Of a stretch of 64,000 nt of DNA, positions 1 through 12,402 are shown piece after piece. The stretch lies in assembly GCA_951406725.2 (NCBI GenBank), contig OX597830.1:48732001-48796000 (forward strand), in the 5' to 3' direction. Every line of letters starts with the position of its first letter. The first letter of the stretch is position 1. The notes below the pieces were generated by a model. That model did not search any database, was not told the DNA's origin, and saw only the letters and a list, made by a program, of their open reading frames with translations. Origin of the DNA: Octopus vulgaris (lineage: Eukaryota). The position numbers and the translations under genes were made by a program.

Positions 1-289
1 CCCAAGGTGCCATGCAGTGGGACTGAACCCGTATATATGCATATTTTTATTAATATTTAGCTCTTGGGTCTTGAGCCACTCTGTTGCTTCTGCTAAACAT
101 TAATATCAATATACCAAAAAAAAATTAAAAACAGAACACAAAGGATATCGTGGTACACATGTTTCAAGCTTTATAAACAATCCGTTATTACATCAGTGTA
201 TTATTGTTATAAAAGGAAACACGTGTACCGAGATATCCTTTGTGTTCTGTTTTTATGAACATCAATGGAATTTGTATCTTTGTGGTACC

Positions 290-737
290 AGTGCCGGTGG
301 CACACAAGAAAATCATCCGAACGTGGCCGTAGCCAGTACCGCATAGACTGGCCTCCGTGCTTTGGGGACGTAACAAACACCATCCGATCGTGGCCGTCCG
401 CCAGCCTCATCTGGCACCTGTGTCGGTGGCACATAAAAACACCATCCGAGCGTGGCTGTTCGCCAGCCTCGTCTGGCACCTGTGTCGGTGGCACATAAAA
501 ACACCATCCGAGCGTGGCCGTTCGCCAGCCTCGTCTGGCACCTGTGTCGGTGGCACATAAAATCACCCACTACACTCTCGGAGTGGTTGGCGTTAGGAAG
601 GGCATCCAGCTGTAGAAACACTGCCAGATCTGACTGGCCTGGTGCAGCCTTCGGGCTCCCCAGACCCCAGTTGAACCGTCCAACCCATGCTAGCATGGAA
701 AACGGATGCTAAATGATGATGATGATGATGATGATGA
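290..737 (+). mobile_element. Repeat family B (RTE-linked retroposon 3' region): tandem GTGCCGGTGGCAC hairpin units, conserved body and (GAT)n tail
   Basis: Body GTGGTTGGCGTTAGGAAGGGCATCCAGC...CCATGCTAGCATGG. Further copies lie at 5163-5445, 12490-12583, 12623-13008, 16690-17085, 18893-19087, 19630-19817, 22843-23011, 25278-25820, 26578-26885, 28450-28710, 57600-57725 and 58141-58590. Confidence 0.8.
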
Positions 738-1437
738 TATATTCTCTCTCACCTCTGCCACTATCTGGCATATACAGGTGCTTACACTTATCAAGTATTC
801 ACCATTAATATAAATATATAGGTATGTATTGCTTGTCAATTTTTTTGTTTTATTATACTCTCATTAGCTTGACCAGTACATTGCTCATAGCAACGTGTGT
901 CCGTGTGTGAATAAACGTATTACGTATGTATGAAGATATGGTGTCGTAGTAATTAGGAGTGTTGGGGGTGGGGCATGATCATAAGGCCATACATTCGATT
1001 TGTGGATTGGATGGTAGACTGCAGTCAAGCAAGGCCCATCATTTTCGTGCTGCTCCAGTCCACTCAGCTGAAAATAAGGACCAGCCTTAGTATTAATGCT
1101 CTCCCTCTAATTGCCACACTGTGGAGGTTTCACTAGATCAATGGTGGGGAAGCTGAGGGTACATCTATGTCTGCTTACAACTATAGGGACACCTAAAACA
1201 ATAGGCAACAGCATGGTACAAAACAGCCGGTCACATTGGCTTGGAAGTAATATATTGCACCAGGTCAAAAGCATCTCGAGGATGACAAAAACACATTTGT
1301 CTAGAGCAGGCATGAGCAGACTTTGAGAAGTGGATCACATGAGACCTGGCTCGCCATCAAGCAGGCTGCACTACTAAAAAAGTGAAAGTAAATTTTCATT
1401 CAGAAAGTCCTGCAGGTTGGCTATCATTGGTCAAGAG

Positions 1438-1794
1438 CAGGGATTTTCAACCATTTTTTAGCCTATGGAACCCTTTGATTACTGTTCTATTCTGGTGGAA
1501 TAGAAAAGTAATCTGGTTATTTGATGTTTAAAAACTAGATTTAAAAATACTAATTTGGTTAAAGATTCTTATTTTGTTTATCACACATTATCTTATGAAG
1601 GGTGAACTGTGTAAAATGTTAGAGAAAGAAACTGAGCCCGTTTCTTGCAATAAATACATCCAAAGTAACATTTTTTCACAGACTCTTAAAATGCTACTGT
1701 GGATCTCCAATTTAGTATTTTGCTTGTGTGGACCATCCCCAAAGGTCTTACATAGACCCCCAGGGATGATATGAATCCTGGTTGAAAACCACTT
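1438..1794. mobile_element. hAT(Charlie)-like MITE
   Basis: CAGGGATTTTCAACC...GGTTGAAAACCACT; TSD GTCAAGAG/GTCTAGAG. Relatives lie at 13965-14226 and 20213-20514. Confidence 0.7.
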
Positions 1795-2610
1795 GTCTAG
1801 AGTTAGCAACTGAGATACATAAAGACATCAACACAGGCAGTGGTGGTCACAGCACTTATAATGATGGTTGTGGTGATGATGATGATGATGATGATGGTAG
1901 TGAAATCTGTTTCCAACAGCTACAACAGCCAAAATTTGTCTTGAACACCCTTGAAACCTGGGTTTAAAATACAATTGAAAGGAAAAACCTAACCTACTAC
2001 TGTTACTACTTGAAAAGGGCCAAGTGTTGTCCCTACATTGTTGCAGAGAGAAAGGGGAAAACATAAGAAAAACATTAAGGTAAACAGATATCCCTGAAAT
2101 ATCCTTTCTCCAATCCTAATTTTTCTTGTCTGATGCTCCATGGGGGGGAGTAAGTGGGAGAGGAACTAGGATCCTTATTTGGCAATGTTGCCGAGGAAGG
2201 CGGAGGCAGGGACAGGTGGGGGGGAGGTGGGAAAATGGGGAAAAGGACCATTGATCAAAGTTATAGATTTGAAAGTGAAGATCACATTGAGAATAGCCCG
2301 GGGTGGAGAAACGGAGAAATAATGTGTGTTAAATGAAGTAGAGAGCTTAATGATGGACACAAGTGGAGGAAGAGAAGAGGGAGGGTTTAAGGGTCTAAAC
2401 CTGGTTGCTGCTGCTGCTGCTGTTGTTGTTGTTGCTTTGTTATAAACAAAATAAAACACAGCAAACAGTTCCATGGGAAAGAATATGTCCACCAAACTGT
2501 CGTTGTGTGTTTTCATCAAAGACAAACAACAGAAGACGGCAACTAATTTGTCAACCAAGAATCTCTTCATTTGGAGAAAGAATCGGTAACAGCCACAGGG
2601 ACAACTGCAA

Positions 2611-3082
2611 ATGTGTGTGTGTGTGTGTGTGTGCGTGTGAGTGTGTGTGTGCACATGTGTTAGGAACTCCATGTGTATGCCAGTCTGTTTCTGTATATAC
2701 ATATTCGTGAGTCATTATGTTCATGTGTGTATGTGTGTGCATATATATACATATATACACACACACACACACACACATACATTTATATGTATGAATGTAT
2801 GTATACATGTATATATATATGTATACATACATACACATATACATGTATGTATGTATACATATATATATGTATACATACATACACATATACATATACATGT
2901 ATGTATGTATACATATATATATATATATATATGTATACATACATACACATATACATGTATGTATGTATGTATACATACATACACATACATGTATGTATGT
3001 ATACATACATATATATATGTATACATACATACACATATACATGTATGTATGTATACATACATACACATACATGTATGTATGT

Positions 3083-3127
<45 letters not shown>

Positions 3128-3392
3128 CATATACATGTATGTATATACATGTATGTATGTATACATACATACATAATATATATATAAATAAATACACGCA
3201 CACATACATGTATGTATGTATGTACACATGCACATGCATTTGTATTTATGCATTATTTATGCATGCAATTATGTGAATATAGGTGTACATTCACATGTAC
3301 ATAGTTACACATACACATGTTTGTGTGTGTGTGCGTGCGTACATGTCTGTATTAGCCCATGTGTACGTTATGTTTGTGTGTACATCTCTGTA

Positions 3393-3425
<33 letters not shown>
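2611..3425. repeat. Compound microsatellite field (TG/CA/TA/TATG/TACA)
   Basis: Direct inspection; source of many spurious Y/I/M/C/V/H-rich ORFs. Confidence 0.95.
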
Positions 3426-3427
<2 letters not shown>

Positions 3428-3841
3428 GCTGCTGTTGGGAATGTGAACCGTTGCCAAGAAAGATACTCCTCGTCTCTTATTAGTGCAATTAGTTTGAAAT
3501 AAAGAAAAACTTGGAAAAACAAAAACAAGAATAACAACAACAATAATAATAATAATAATGATGATAGCACAAAAATAAAAAAAAAAAAAATCTACAACCA
3601 CAATATATAATAATATTAATAGCTTCTAGTTATTGACCAAAAATAAACCTAAAATTTCCAATTTTCTGATCTAGACAATATAATTATATATACACACACA
3701 CACATACACCACAAACACACACATGCTTACACATTCACTTCTTCGAGTTGAATGTGTATGTGAGGATGAGAGAGAGTCGCTGTGTATATGTAGCTATATA
3801 TAAGCATATATGAGAATATGTACATACCTATTTCAGTGTAT

Positions 3842-3912
<71 letters not shown>

Positions 3913-4311
3913 TATATTATATATAACAGATAGATATATATATACACCTGAGTATTTATATTTTATACACACACATATGTATATTGTAGGTTTGTATGTA
4001 TGTGTGTGAATGTTTTCTCAGCTAAATTTTTTTACCATCCAAAACAGTAAAAACAACACAAAATTTTATTTTGATATTTATTCCTGAATATTATTGAAAT
4101 TTATTTCCAATTCCAAGAATAACAATAAAATAATTGACAAAATATTTGTATCGTTATATAACGAGCAAAACCTTAATAAAGACACAAACAAGAAGCATTA
4201 GTTCTACTACAGAATATATCTTCTATCTTATTTTGTTTTGTTTTTTTTTTTTCTTTCTTTTTCTTTTTTTTTTTTTGTTTAATGGTGAGATGTGGAAAAC
4301 ATTGTGGTTTT

Positions 4312-4730
4312 ATGGCTGGATACCCTTCCTAAGCACTAAACTGTGATATCTGATCAATAATTGATCTCCTTTGAAGCAGAAATACAGAAAGAGCAGGGGC
4401 TCTTGTCACTTCTATTGTTGAAATTATACACAAATAGCTAATGGTCCCTTCTATTATCTGTGTACAGCTCTAGAAAGTATTTTGGATTTGTGGTAAAAAA
4501 AACTCACTTCCCAACCACATGGCTGGATACCCTTCCTAAGCACTAAACTGTGATATCTGATCAATAATTGATCTCCTTTGAAGCAGAAATATAAAAAGAG
4601 CAGAGCTCTTGTCACTTCTATTGTTGAAATTATACACAAATAGCTGATGGTCTCTTTTATTATCTGTGTACAGCTCTGGAAAGTATTTTGGGTTTGTGGT
4701 AAAAAAAAAAAACTCACTTCCCAACCACAT
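4312..4730. repeat. Tandem duplication of a ~207-bp unit
   Basis: ATGGCTGGATACCCTTCCTAAGCAC...CTTCCCAACCAC occurs at 4312 and 4519 with a few substitutions. Confidence 0.92.
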
Positions 4731-6599
4731 GGTTCTGGGTTCAGTCCTAGGGCAAGTGTCTTCTGCTATAGCCCTGAGCCAACCACAGCCTTGTGAGTGC
4801 TAGGTAGACAGAAACTGAAAGAAGATTGTCATATATGGGTGTACGTGTGTGTGTGTGTGTTACCACTGCTTCACGACCAGTGTTGGTTTGCAGCAGGGCA
4901 AACACATCGAACAGCCTTCAACAAATGCCATCAACAAGATGGACAGGAAGCATATTAAACAGGATGGCTGGAGTGCCAAAGTGGAGAGGGATGAACAAAG
5001 GAGAGTAGATCAGCCCTTGATACAAAGACAAATCAGTTGCAAGTTGGCAGTGTCTGTGGGAATTTGCCAGTTTTAACAACATGTTATCAAATACTCTTGC
5101 TAAGCACAAAATATCCCATATGTGAACCTGGCATATACACCACAAGATTTTAACTGTTACAGCATCATTATCATCATTGTTTAACGTCCGTTTTCCATGC
5201 TAGCATGGGTTGGACGGTTCGACCGGGGTCTGGGAAGCCAGGGGGCTGCAGCAGGCTCCAGTCTGATCTGGCAGTGTTTCTACAGCCGGATGCCCTTCTT
5301 AACGCCAACCACTCCTTGAGTGTAGTGGGTGCTTTATATGTGCCACCAGCACAGGTGCCAGGGGAAGCTGGCAACGGCCATAATCGGTTGGTGCATTTTA
5401 CATGCCACCGGTACGGAAGCCAGTTAAGGCGGCGCTGGCATTGGCACCAAATTTTGTCCATTTTTGTCTTTGGTCAATAAGTGTTATTTTTTATTTGCTT
5501 AGTGACCTTGACTTTGTCCTGATGAATTCCAGAATGTTTTTAAAGAGAACCAACAGACCAAAACCAACTGGTTAAGATTCAACCAAATAAAATAAAAGGT
5601 ATTGGGTCAGTGTGGGTGTGTGTGTGTGTGCCTATGCATGCATGTATGTACGTATGTATGTGTATGTATGCATGTGTGTATATACACACACACATGCATA
5701 CATACATGCATGCAAAGGCACACACACACTGACCCACACACATGCGCACAAACAAACAAAAAGGAACGCAGTGTGAGTAACAGAGTCAGAAATAAAGGCA
5801 TTGTTTATCTCTCAAGAATTTTCAAGCAACACTTGGTGAAAAATTAGCACCACTTCTACAATTCTATTACATCTTGACAAAGGACGGTCTTAGCAAGTGC
5901 TAACATCGATGCAAAGACTTGGGAAAAAGTTAGCTAAAGAGAGAACAGTGTGCAAAACCTGTAAATAAAGGAGTCAAAGTGCTTGAGGACGAAAACACCC
6001 TGGCCCTTGAAGCAAAATGGCGAACACAGAAAGACAACACACCTCAATGAAAGAAGACTTAGGAGACTACAACATACAAATTCAACAACACTGTGAGCAG
6101 CAAGTGATGTTCTGGTGAAAATACAAACCATCAATCACAAACGAAACATGGGATGTCTGTGACAAAATGAAAAGACTAAAAGATAAGAACAGAGGGAAGA
6201 AGAAAAAACAGTCAACAAAGGAATTAAGGAAATAAGGGGAAATATGAGTAAATGAACAATGTGAAGTTATTAAAATTGAAGATAGCCTTTTTAGAGAGAA
6301 TACTACCATGGCATTATTAGCACAGCTAAAAGACCTTACCAAAGGAAATAAATCAGAAACAACGTAGTAGAAGTCCTACTCAATGACTTGTGTAGCAGCA
6401 TCCTTGTAAACTGTTGCAAAGGCAAAGGCGATGCACCACTGAAAGGAAGCTGCATCATCATCCCGTTAGGTCAGGTGACATGCCCAGACCAATGAAACCC
6501 TTCCACACCAGACATCTCAATCAAGCAATGAGGACGAATGTCTGGCTTGGATTTTAGTCACACTTAAGTCTTTCACAAGCCAAATATCTCATCTGTGCA

Positions 6600-7560
6600 G
6601 ACTAAGACTACGGATGATAGCAACTGTTCATTAACTAAAGATGGCCTTAGAAAGAATCTGATTACATTCTTCCAAAGAATCAGGCTTAAAAATCACAACT
6701 GACACAAACCTCAGGAGTGTTAACTTTTTAGACATTAACCTAAGTTTAGGATCAGATAGCTTTAATAAGGGTCTAATCACCCACCCACCTGAAATATGGT
6801 AAGCAATATAGGAAAGTGCATTTCATCATTGTCATCAGACAGGGCAGCCCTTTGCAATGCCTCTCCGTATTACAATAATGCATTGCAAAATGGTAGATTC
6901 TCAGAGAAGATCTACTGTATTAATAACAGATGTAACCATAGTAGGACCAAAGAACTAGGATTAGAAAGGTCTTGTGATACAATTCAACTTTTAGCATCAC
7001 CGTTAGAACCAATGTAAGGAGAGAATTTTTTAATCTAGGCTCTAGATACTTTCCAGCCAGTCACAAATATAAAATTTTCAATAGAAGACCGCTAAAGATT
7101 AGGATTCTTGTTGCAAAAACCCCACCTCTTTTATAAACCAACATAATACAACCATTCTCAACAAAACTAAGAACCTGACCCTAAGACCCAGGTAGCTGTC
7201 ATTTAGATGGAAATTGCTTAATTAAAGGTATTGTATATAGACCTAAGGTTCAACGGGATAACGCCAATACATACAAAACATAGAAGGCTCCACAGGAAAT
7301 AACTTCAAAACAAGACTATATATGCACAGGAATTCTTTCAAGTACCCAGAAAACAAATCAACAAGCCTGGCCAAACATACATAGCAATCAAAAGAAGCAG
7401 TGTCTTCCTCCATTTCAAACTTATTGGTCCATATTTGAGAAGGGGACCTCATATAGGAGAAACTCAATGAGAGGTTCAGTACATCAGTGAAAAATTTCTT
7501 TATCCTTTTCCAGGATAAGCATACCTTAAATCACAAGATAGGATTCTGCCAACTGGCTTC
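6600..7560 (+). mobile_element. Decayed Penelope-like retroelement (RT thumb and GIY-YIG endonuclease)
   Basis: SGLKITTDTNLRSVNFLDINL, SNHPP, ISSLSSD...YYNNALQN, CHLDGNCLIKGIVYR and GSTGNNFKTRLYMHRNSFK in broken frames; may extend left to ~5830. Confidence 0.8.
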
Positions 7561-8922
7561 TAGGTACCTTATGAGCTGCCAAATGGTTCCATATGGATGG
7601 AAAGCCTATTTGGACTTCACCATATTTCCCCATTTTTATTGCACACTTCCCTACTTTTTTAAAAAGACTTATTTTAAATGATTACTTTTTGCTGCTTTAT
7701 ACGGAATTTGGCCCATGGTTTTTTCCAACTAACTTATATGTACTCTTTTACTTGTTTCAGTCACCTGACTGTGGCCATACTGGAGCACTGCTTTAAAAGG
7801 TTTTCTAGTTTAAGAAATTGACCCTAGTACTTATTCTTTCAGTCTCTTTTGCTAAATCACTAAGTTATGGGTATGTAAACACACCAACATTGGTTGTCAA
7901 GCAATGGCGGGGGAACAAACATAGACACTAAAGACACACACACACTAACAAATATATATACACACACACACATATTATATATATGTATATACGATGGGCT
8001 TCTTTCAGTTTCCCTCTACCAAATCCACTCACAAGGCTTTGGTCAACAGGAGGCTATAATAGAATACACTTACTCAAGGTGCCATGCAGTGGGACTGAAC
8101 CCAGAACCATTTGGTTGGGAAGCAAGCTTCTTACCACACAGCCACACCATATGTATATTTTAAGCTCATGTCCAGAAAGAATTTTTGGCAATATTTTTTA
8201 ATACCATTATCTTAATATCATTTGTGTATTTCTGTAGGTCTTGCAAGTTCTATTCCTTCTTTACCATTTTATCTTATTGTATACTTATTCATTTTGTTTT
8301 GCATGCTGTAGCTAGGACAGAAGCTTTTTTTAACAAAATCATATTTTTTATATTTCTATATAATTAGTGTATTAAACCAGTAAAACCTTTCAATGGCCAC
8401 CAATTTCATTGAGCAATTTTATCTATATATGTAATTTAATTATTTATAATTCATTTTCATTCATCACTGTATACTACTCGTTTTTCTCTGTCATTTTTCT
8501 TCATGTTTAACATACTTGTCTTGTCTATCTCTACAAGTGTTATATGCATATTTTATATGCACACGCATGTATACTTTATGTGTGTGAACATGAATGTATT
8601 TGTATGTTTGCATGTTGTTTTGGATGTGTTTATAAGTTTGTATGTCATTTCCCATGAGTTTATATATTTGGGCTTGCCTTTGCATATATACATATATTTA
8701 CATATTTGTTTTCATACATGTGTGTATTTTATGTGTATTAATAAGCATGTACATGTACGTATATGTATTTCAATGCCTATATTTCCCATTTTAACTTCTT
8801 CACTTTCACTTTCTACTGTGTTTGTGTGTTCGTACATTTTCATCCTAAGCTTTCTCTATTATTACTATTAATCTTACTCCTTCTACTTTTCTCCTGTCTG
8901 TTCCTATCAAACTTGCCTTTAA

Positions 8923-9142
8923 CCTTTTCATTACCAGCCTGGCTGAAACCGCCTCTGGCTCTAGTACAAATGTCTCGTTTTCAAAAGTTCAGAATTAAAA
9001 CCTTCCACCAAACCTTAGTCACAATTTATGTTCCTAACACTAGTTTAATGATAACTAAGTTATTTTACTAAATTCTTTGTTATATTCAAAATTTATTGGA
9101 AGAAACACAGAGCATCACAACAGAAATATGGTAAGAAAAGGG
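8923..9142. mobile_element. piggyBac-like MITE, same family as 60283-60491
   Basis: TTAA on both flanks; shared internal CTTCCACCAAACCTTAGTCACAATTTATGTTCCTAACACTA. Confidence 0.75.
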
Positions 9143-9305
9143 TTAAAATATATAATACAGAAACAATTCTTTCGGTACCAACCCAGCTGCAAGGGGTGTA
9201 AACAACAAACAGGTACACACACACATACATAAATATCTCAATATAAATACATATATATACACACACAAATATGTACATACACAAATATGTACATACACAA
9301 ATATG

Positions 9306-9353
<48 letters not shown>

Positions 9354-9713
9354 ACTTATTAATCTGAGCGGAGGCAATGCAAGCAGTAACTAAAGGAACA
9401 TTACTAAATTGCACACAGAAAGATCAAACACATACATATATTCATATATTCATTTATATCTACAGAACAGATATAAAGTCCGATGTTTAAAAATATAATA
9501 ATATATAAATAATTAAACATCATATAAAAATATATAAATGTATAAGAATCAGTGATGCATACAAAACACTGAATTTACGCTTAAAATCATAAAACATTTG
9601 GTAAATTATTTGGTACATTAAAAATTTGGGATAATAAAATATACAAGAACATATTAAAATGACGTATTAAAATTTCAGAAAAAATACAGAAAAAATAAAT
9701 ATACAAAATTGTT

Positions 9714-9795
9714 CATCTATGGGCCGTTTCAGAGACGTGCCAATTAATATGAAACATTTCATATATTCGAAACTGACACTCCCCTCGTCAGGATG
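9714..9795 (-). ncRNA. Degenerate type I hammerhead-ribozyme motif
   Basis: Minus strand reads CATC-CTGACGA-GGGGAGTGTCA...TGGCACGTCTCT-GAAA-CGGCCCATA-GATG. Stem I CATC/GATG and the core are intact; stem III is imperfect. Confidence 0.5.
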
Positions 9796-10198
9796 TTTTT
9801 TTACACACAATACACAGTACATGGAAACAAATGTACCATTACATACCAGCTATGTGCAAGCGAACAAACATTACAAACACCCAACCTTCATATAGATACC
9901 TAATGCTACCTAATCAGCATATAATCAAATCTAAAAACCGTGGTAAAGAGTATGTGCTAAGCTCCATCAGGACTAGTTCATTTCTGCACTTTAATTTTAT
10001 CTTTAATTTTTAATTTATTTCCATTCATGTGAAACCACTTATTTAAGTTCAAGTCATTGATGCAATTTTATACCAATTGTTATTTTTAAATTAAATGAAC
10101 TTAAATAATTGGTATAAAATTGCATTAATGACTTGAACTTCACAAGAATGGGAATAAATTACAAAATTATACATACAAATTAACTTGAGGGAGAATCA

Positions 10199-10303
<105 letters not shown>

Positions 10304-11917
10304 CTAAGAAAAAATGCAAAACAAATATATATAAATATATATATATAACCAACGTTATAAAACATTACACACACACACACATTGCATATGTTATGTATTC
10401 ATGTGTGTGTGTCTGTGTGTACATGGTTTCGGGTTCAGTCCCACTTTGGGTAGGTGTCTTCCACTATAGCCCCGAGCCGACCGGAGCTTTGTGATTGAAT
10501 TTGGTAGGTGGAAGTTACTGCCGTGTGTGTATGTGTGCGTATAGCTGCTCAGTGCCTCTCCGAAAGAGAGAGAGAGGGATATATATATATAGTCCCACTG
10601 TGTGGTAAGGCTGCAATGAGGAGAAAACCGCTCAATCAGCAAAGAGAGTAAAGATATAATAAAAACCACTGGTCTTGTGAAATACAGGTATAAATGGTAA
10701 CCAAGATGCCTGGCACTTTGTTGTACTCAAGAAGACCCGTACTTCACAGCAGAAGTGTTAAGGCTGCTCTCCTGGCGAAGAGGATTGGCCAGGAAGAGTC
10801 AACACAATGGAAAAAGCATTGAGCACACACTGTAAAGTGGTTGGCATTAGGAAGGGCATCCAGCCACAGAAATTATGCGAAATCAGACTGGATTTGGCAA
10901 CACTTCGGCTTGCCAGCTCTGGTCAAGCAGTTCAACCCATGTTGGAATGGACAATGAATGTATGATGATAAATAAATATATAAATGTATGTGTGCGTGAG
11001 TGAGTGTGCGTACCCTCCACTGGACATCATGTGATGGTTATAAATAAGCATCACGATCATACAAGTGGCATTGTTTATCTCTAGGCATCTGTGAAAAATG
11101 TCAGGTCATGGAAAATATTACTTTGCCTGGAATGAAATGAGAATTGGTGACAGGAAGAACATCCGGTCATAACAAATTCCGTCTGGCTCACATGAATATA
11201 GAGAAGTGGACATTAAATGATGATGAGGATGAAGGGGATTTTTCCTTGTGTAGCATGTCCTGTACTTCGTTTTTCTGCTACACATAATTGTTTTTCCCGT
11301 TTTTGTTTTCATTTCGTCTTGTTCCACGTCTCTGTCCTTCTGTTGTAACAAAATGTCTTCTCCGTTTTCGTTCTGTTGATTTTTTCGTCTTCTTGTGATG
11401 TCCTGTACGTATATATATATATTTATATATGCATGTATATATATACATGTAGATGTCGGTACGTACATATATGTTTGTATGTATGCATATATTTTATTTA
11501 TTACACTATATATATATATATATATAGTGTGTGTGTGGCTGTGTGGTAAGAAGCTTGCTTCCCAACCACATGATTCCAGGTTCAGTCCCACTGTGTCACC
11601 TTGGGCAAGTGTCTTCCACTGTAGCCGTGTGAGTGGATTTGTTAGACAGAAACTGGATGAAGCCTGACATGTGTGTGTGTGTGTGTGTGAACAGCCATCG
11701 CTTGACAACCGATGCTGGTGTGTTTATGTCCCCATAACTTAGCAGTTTGGCAAATGAGACCAACAGAATAGGTACTAGGCTTACAAAGAATAAGTTCTGA
11801 GGTCAATTTTTCAACTAAAAACCCTTTAAGACAGTGCTCCAGCATGACTGAAACACGTTTTAGAATAAAAGAATGTGTGTGGTGTGTGTGTAGGTAGGAA
11901 GAACTAATTAACTGTTA

Positions 11918-12151
<234 letters not shown>

Positions 12152-12365
12152 CTAAACTTTAGCAAATATTCATTTTGGAACACACAGAAACGAAAATTAT
12201 TACATCCTTCTCTGCTGGTTATAAGATTACTCTGTTAAATTACTTTAGCAATAAGATTACTCTGTTAAATGCATTGCTTATTTGTTCACACTTTTAGTTA
12301 ATCATACATTACGCAGGCCACAGTCAAATGATGACATATATATATATACATACACACACACACAC

Positions 12366-12402
<37 letters not shown>

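Noticed and set aside
290-560. CRISPR array (palindromic repeat with ~60-nt period)
   Set aside because: The spacers are near-identical to each other, there are no cas genes, the context is eukaryotic, and the array is part of a dispersed retroposon.
2175-3601. Long ORFs of 100-216 aa
   Set aside because: They are translations of TA/TG/CA microsatellites; the same applies at 36766-37299 and 47348-47974.
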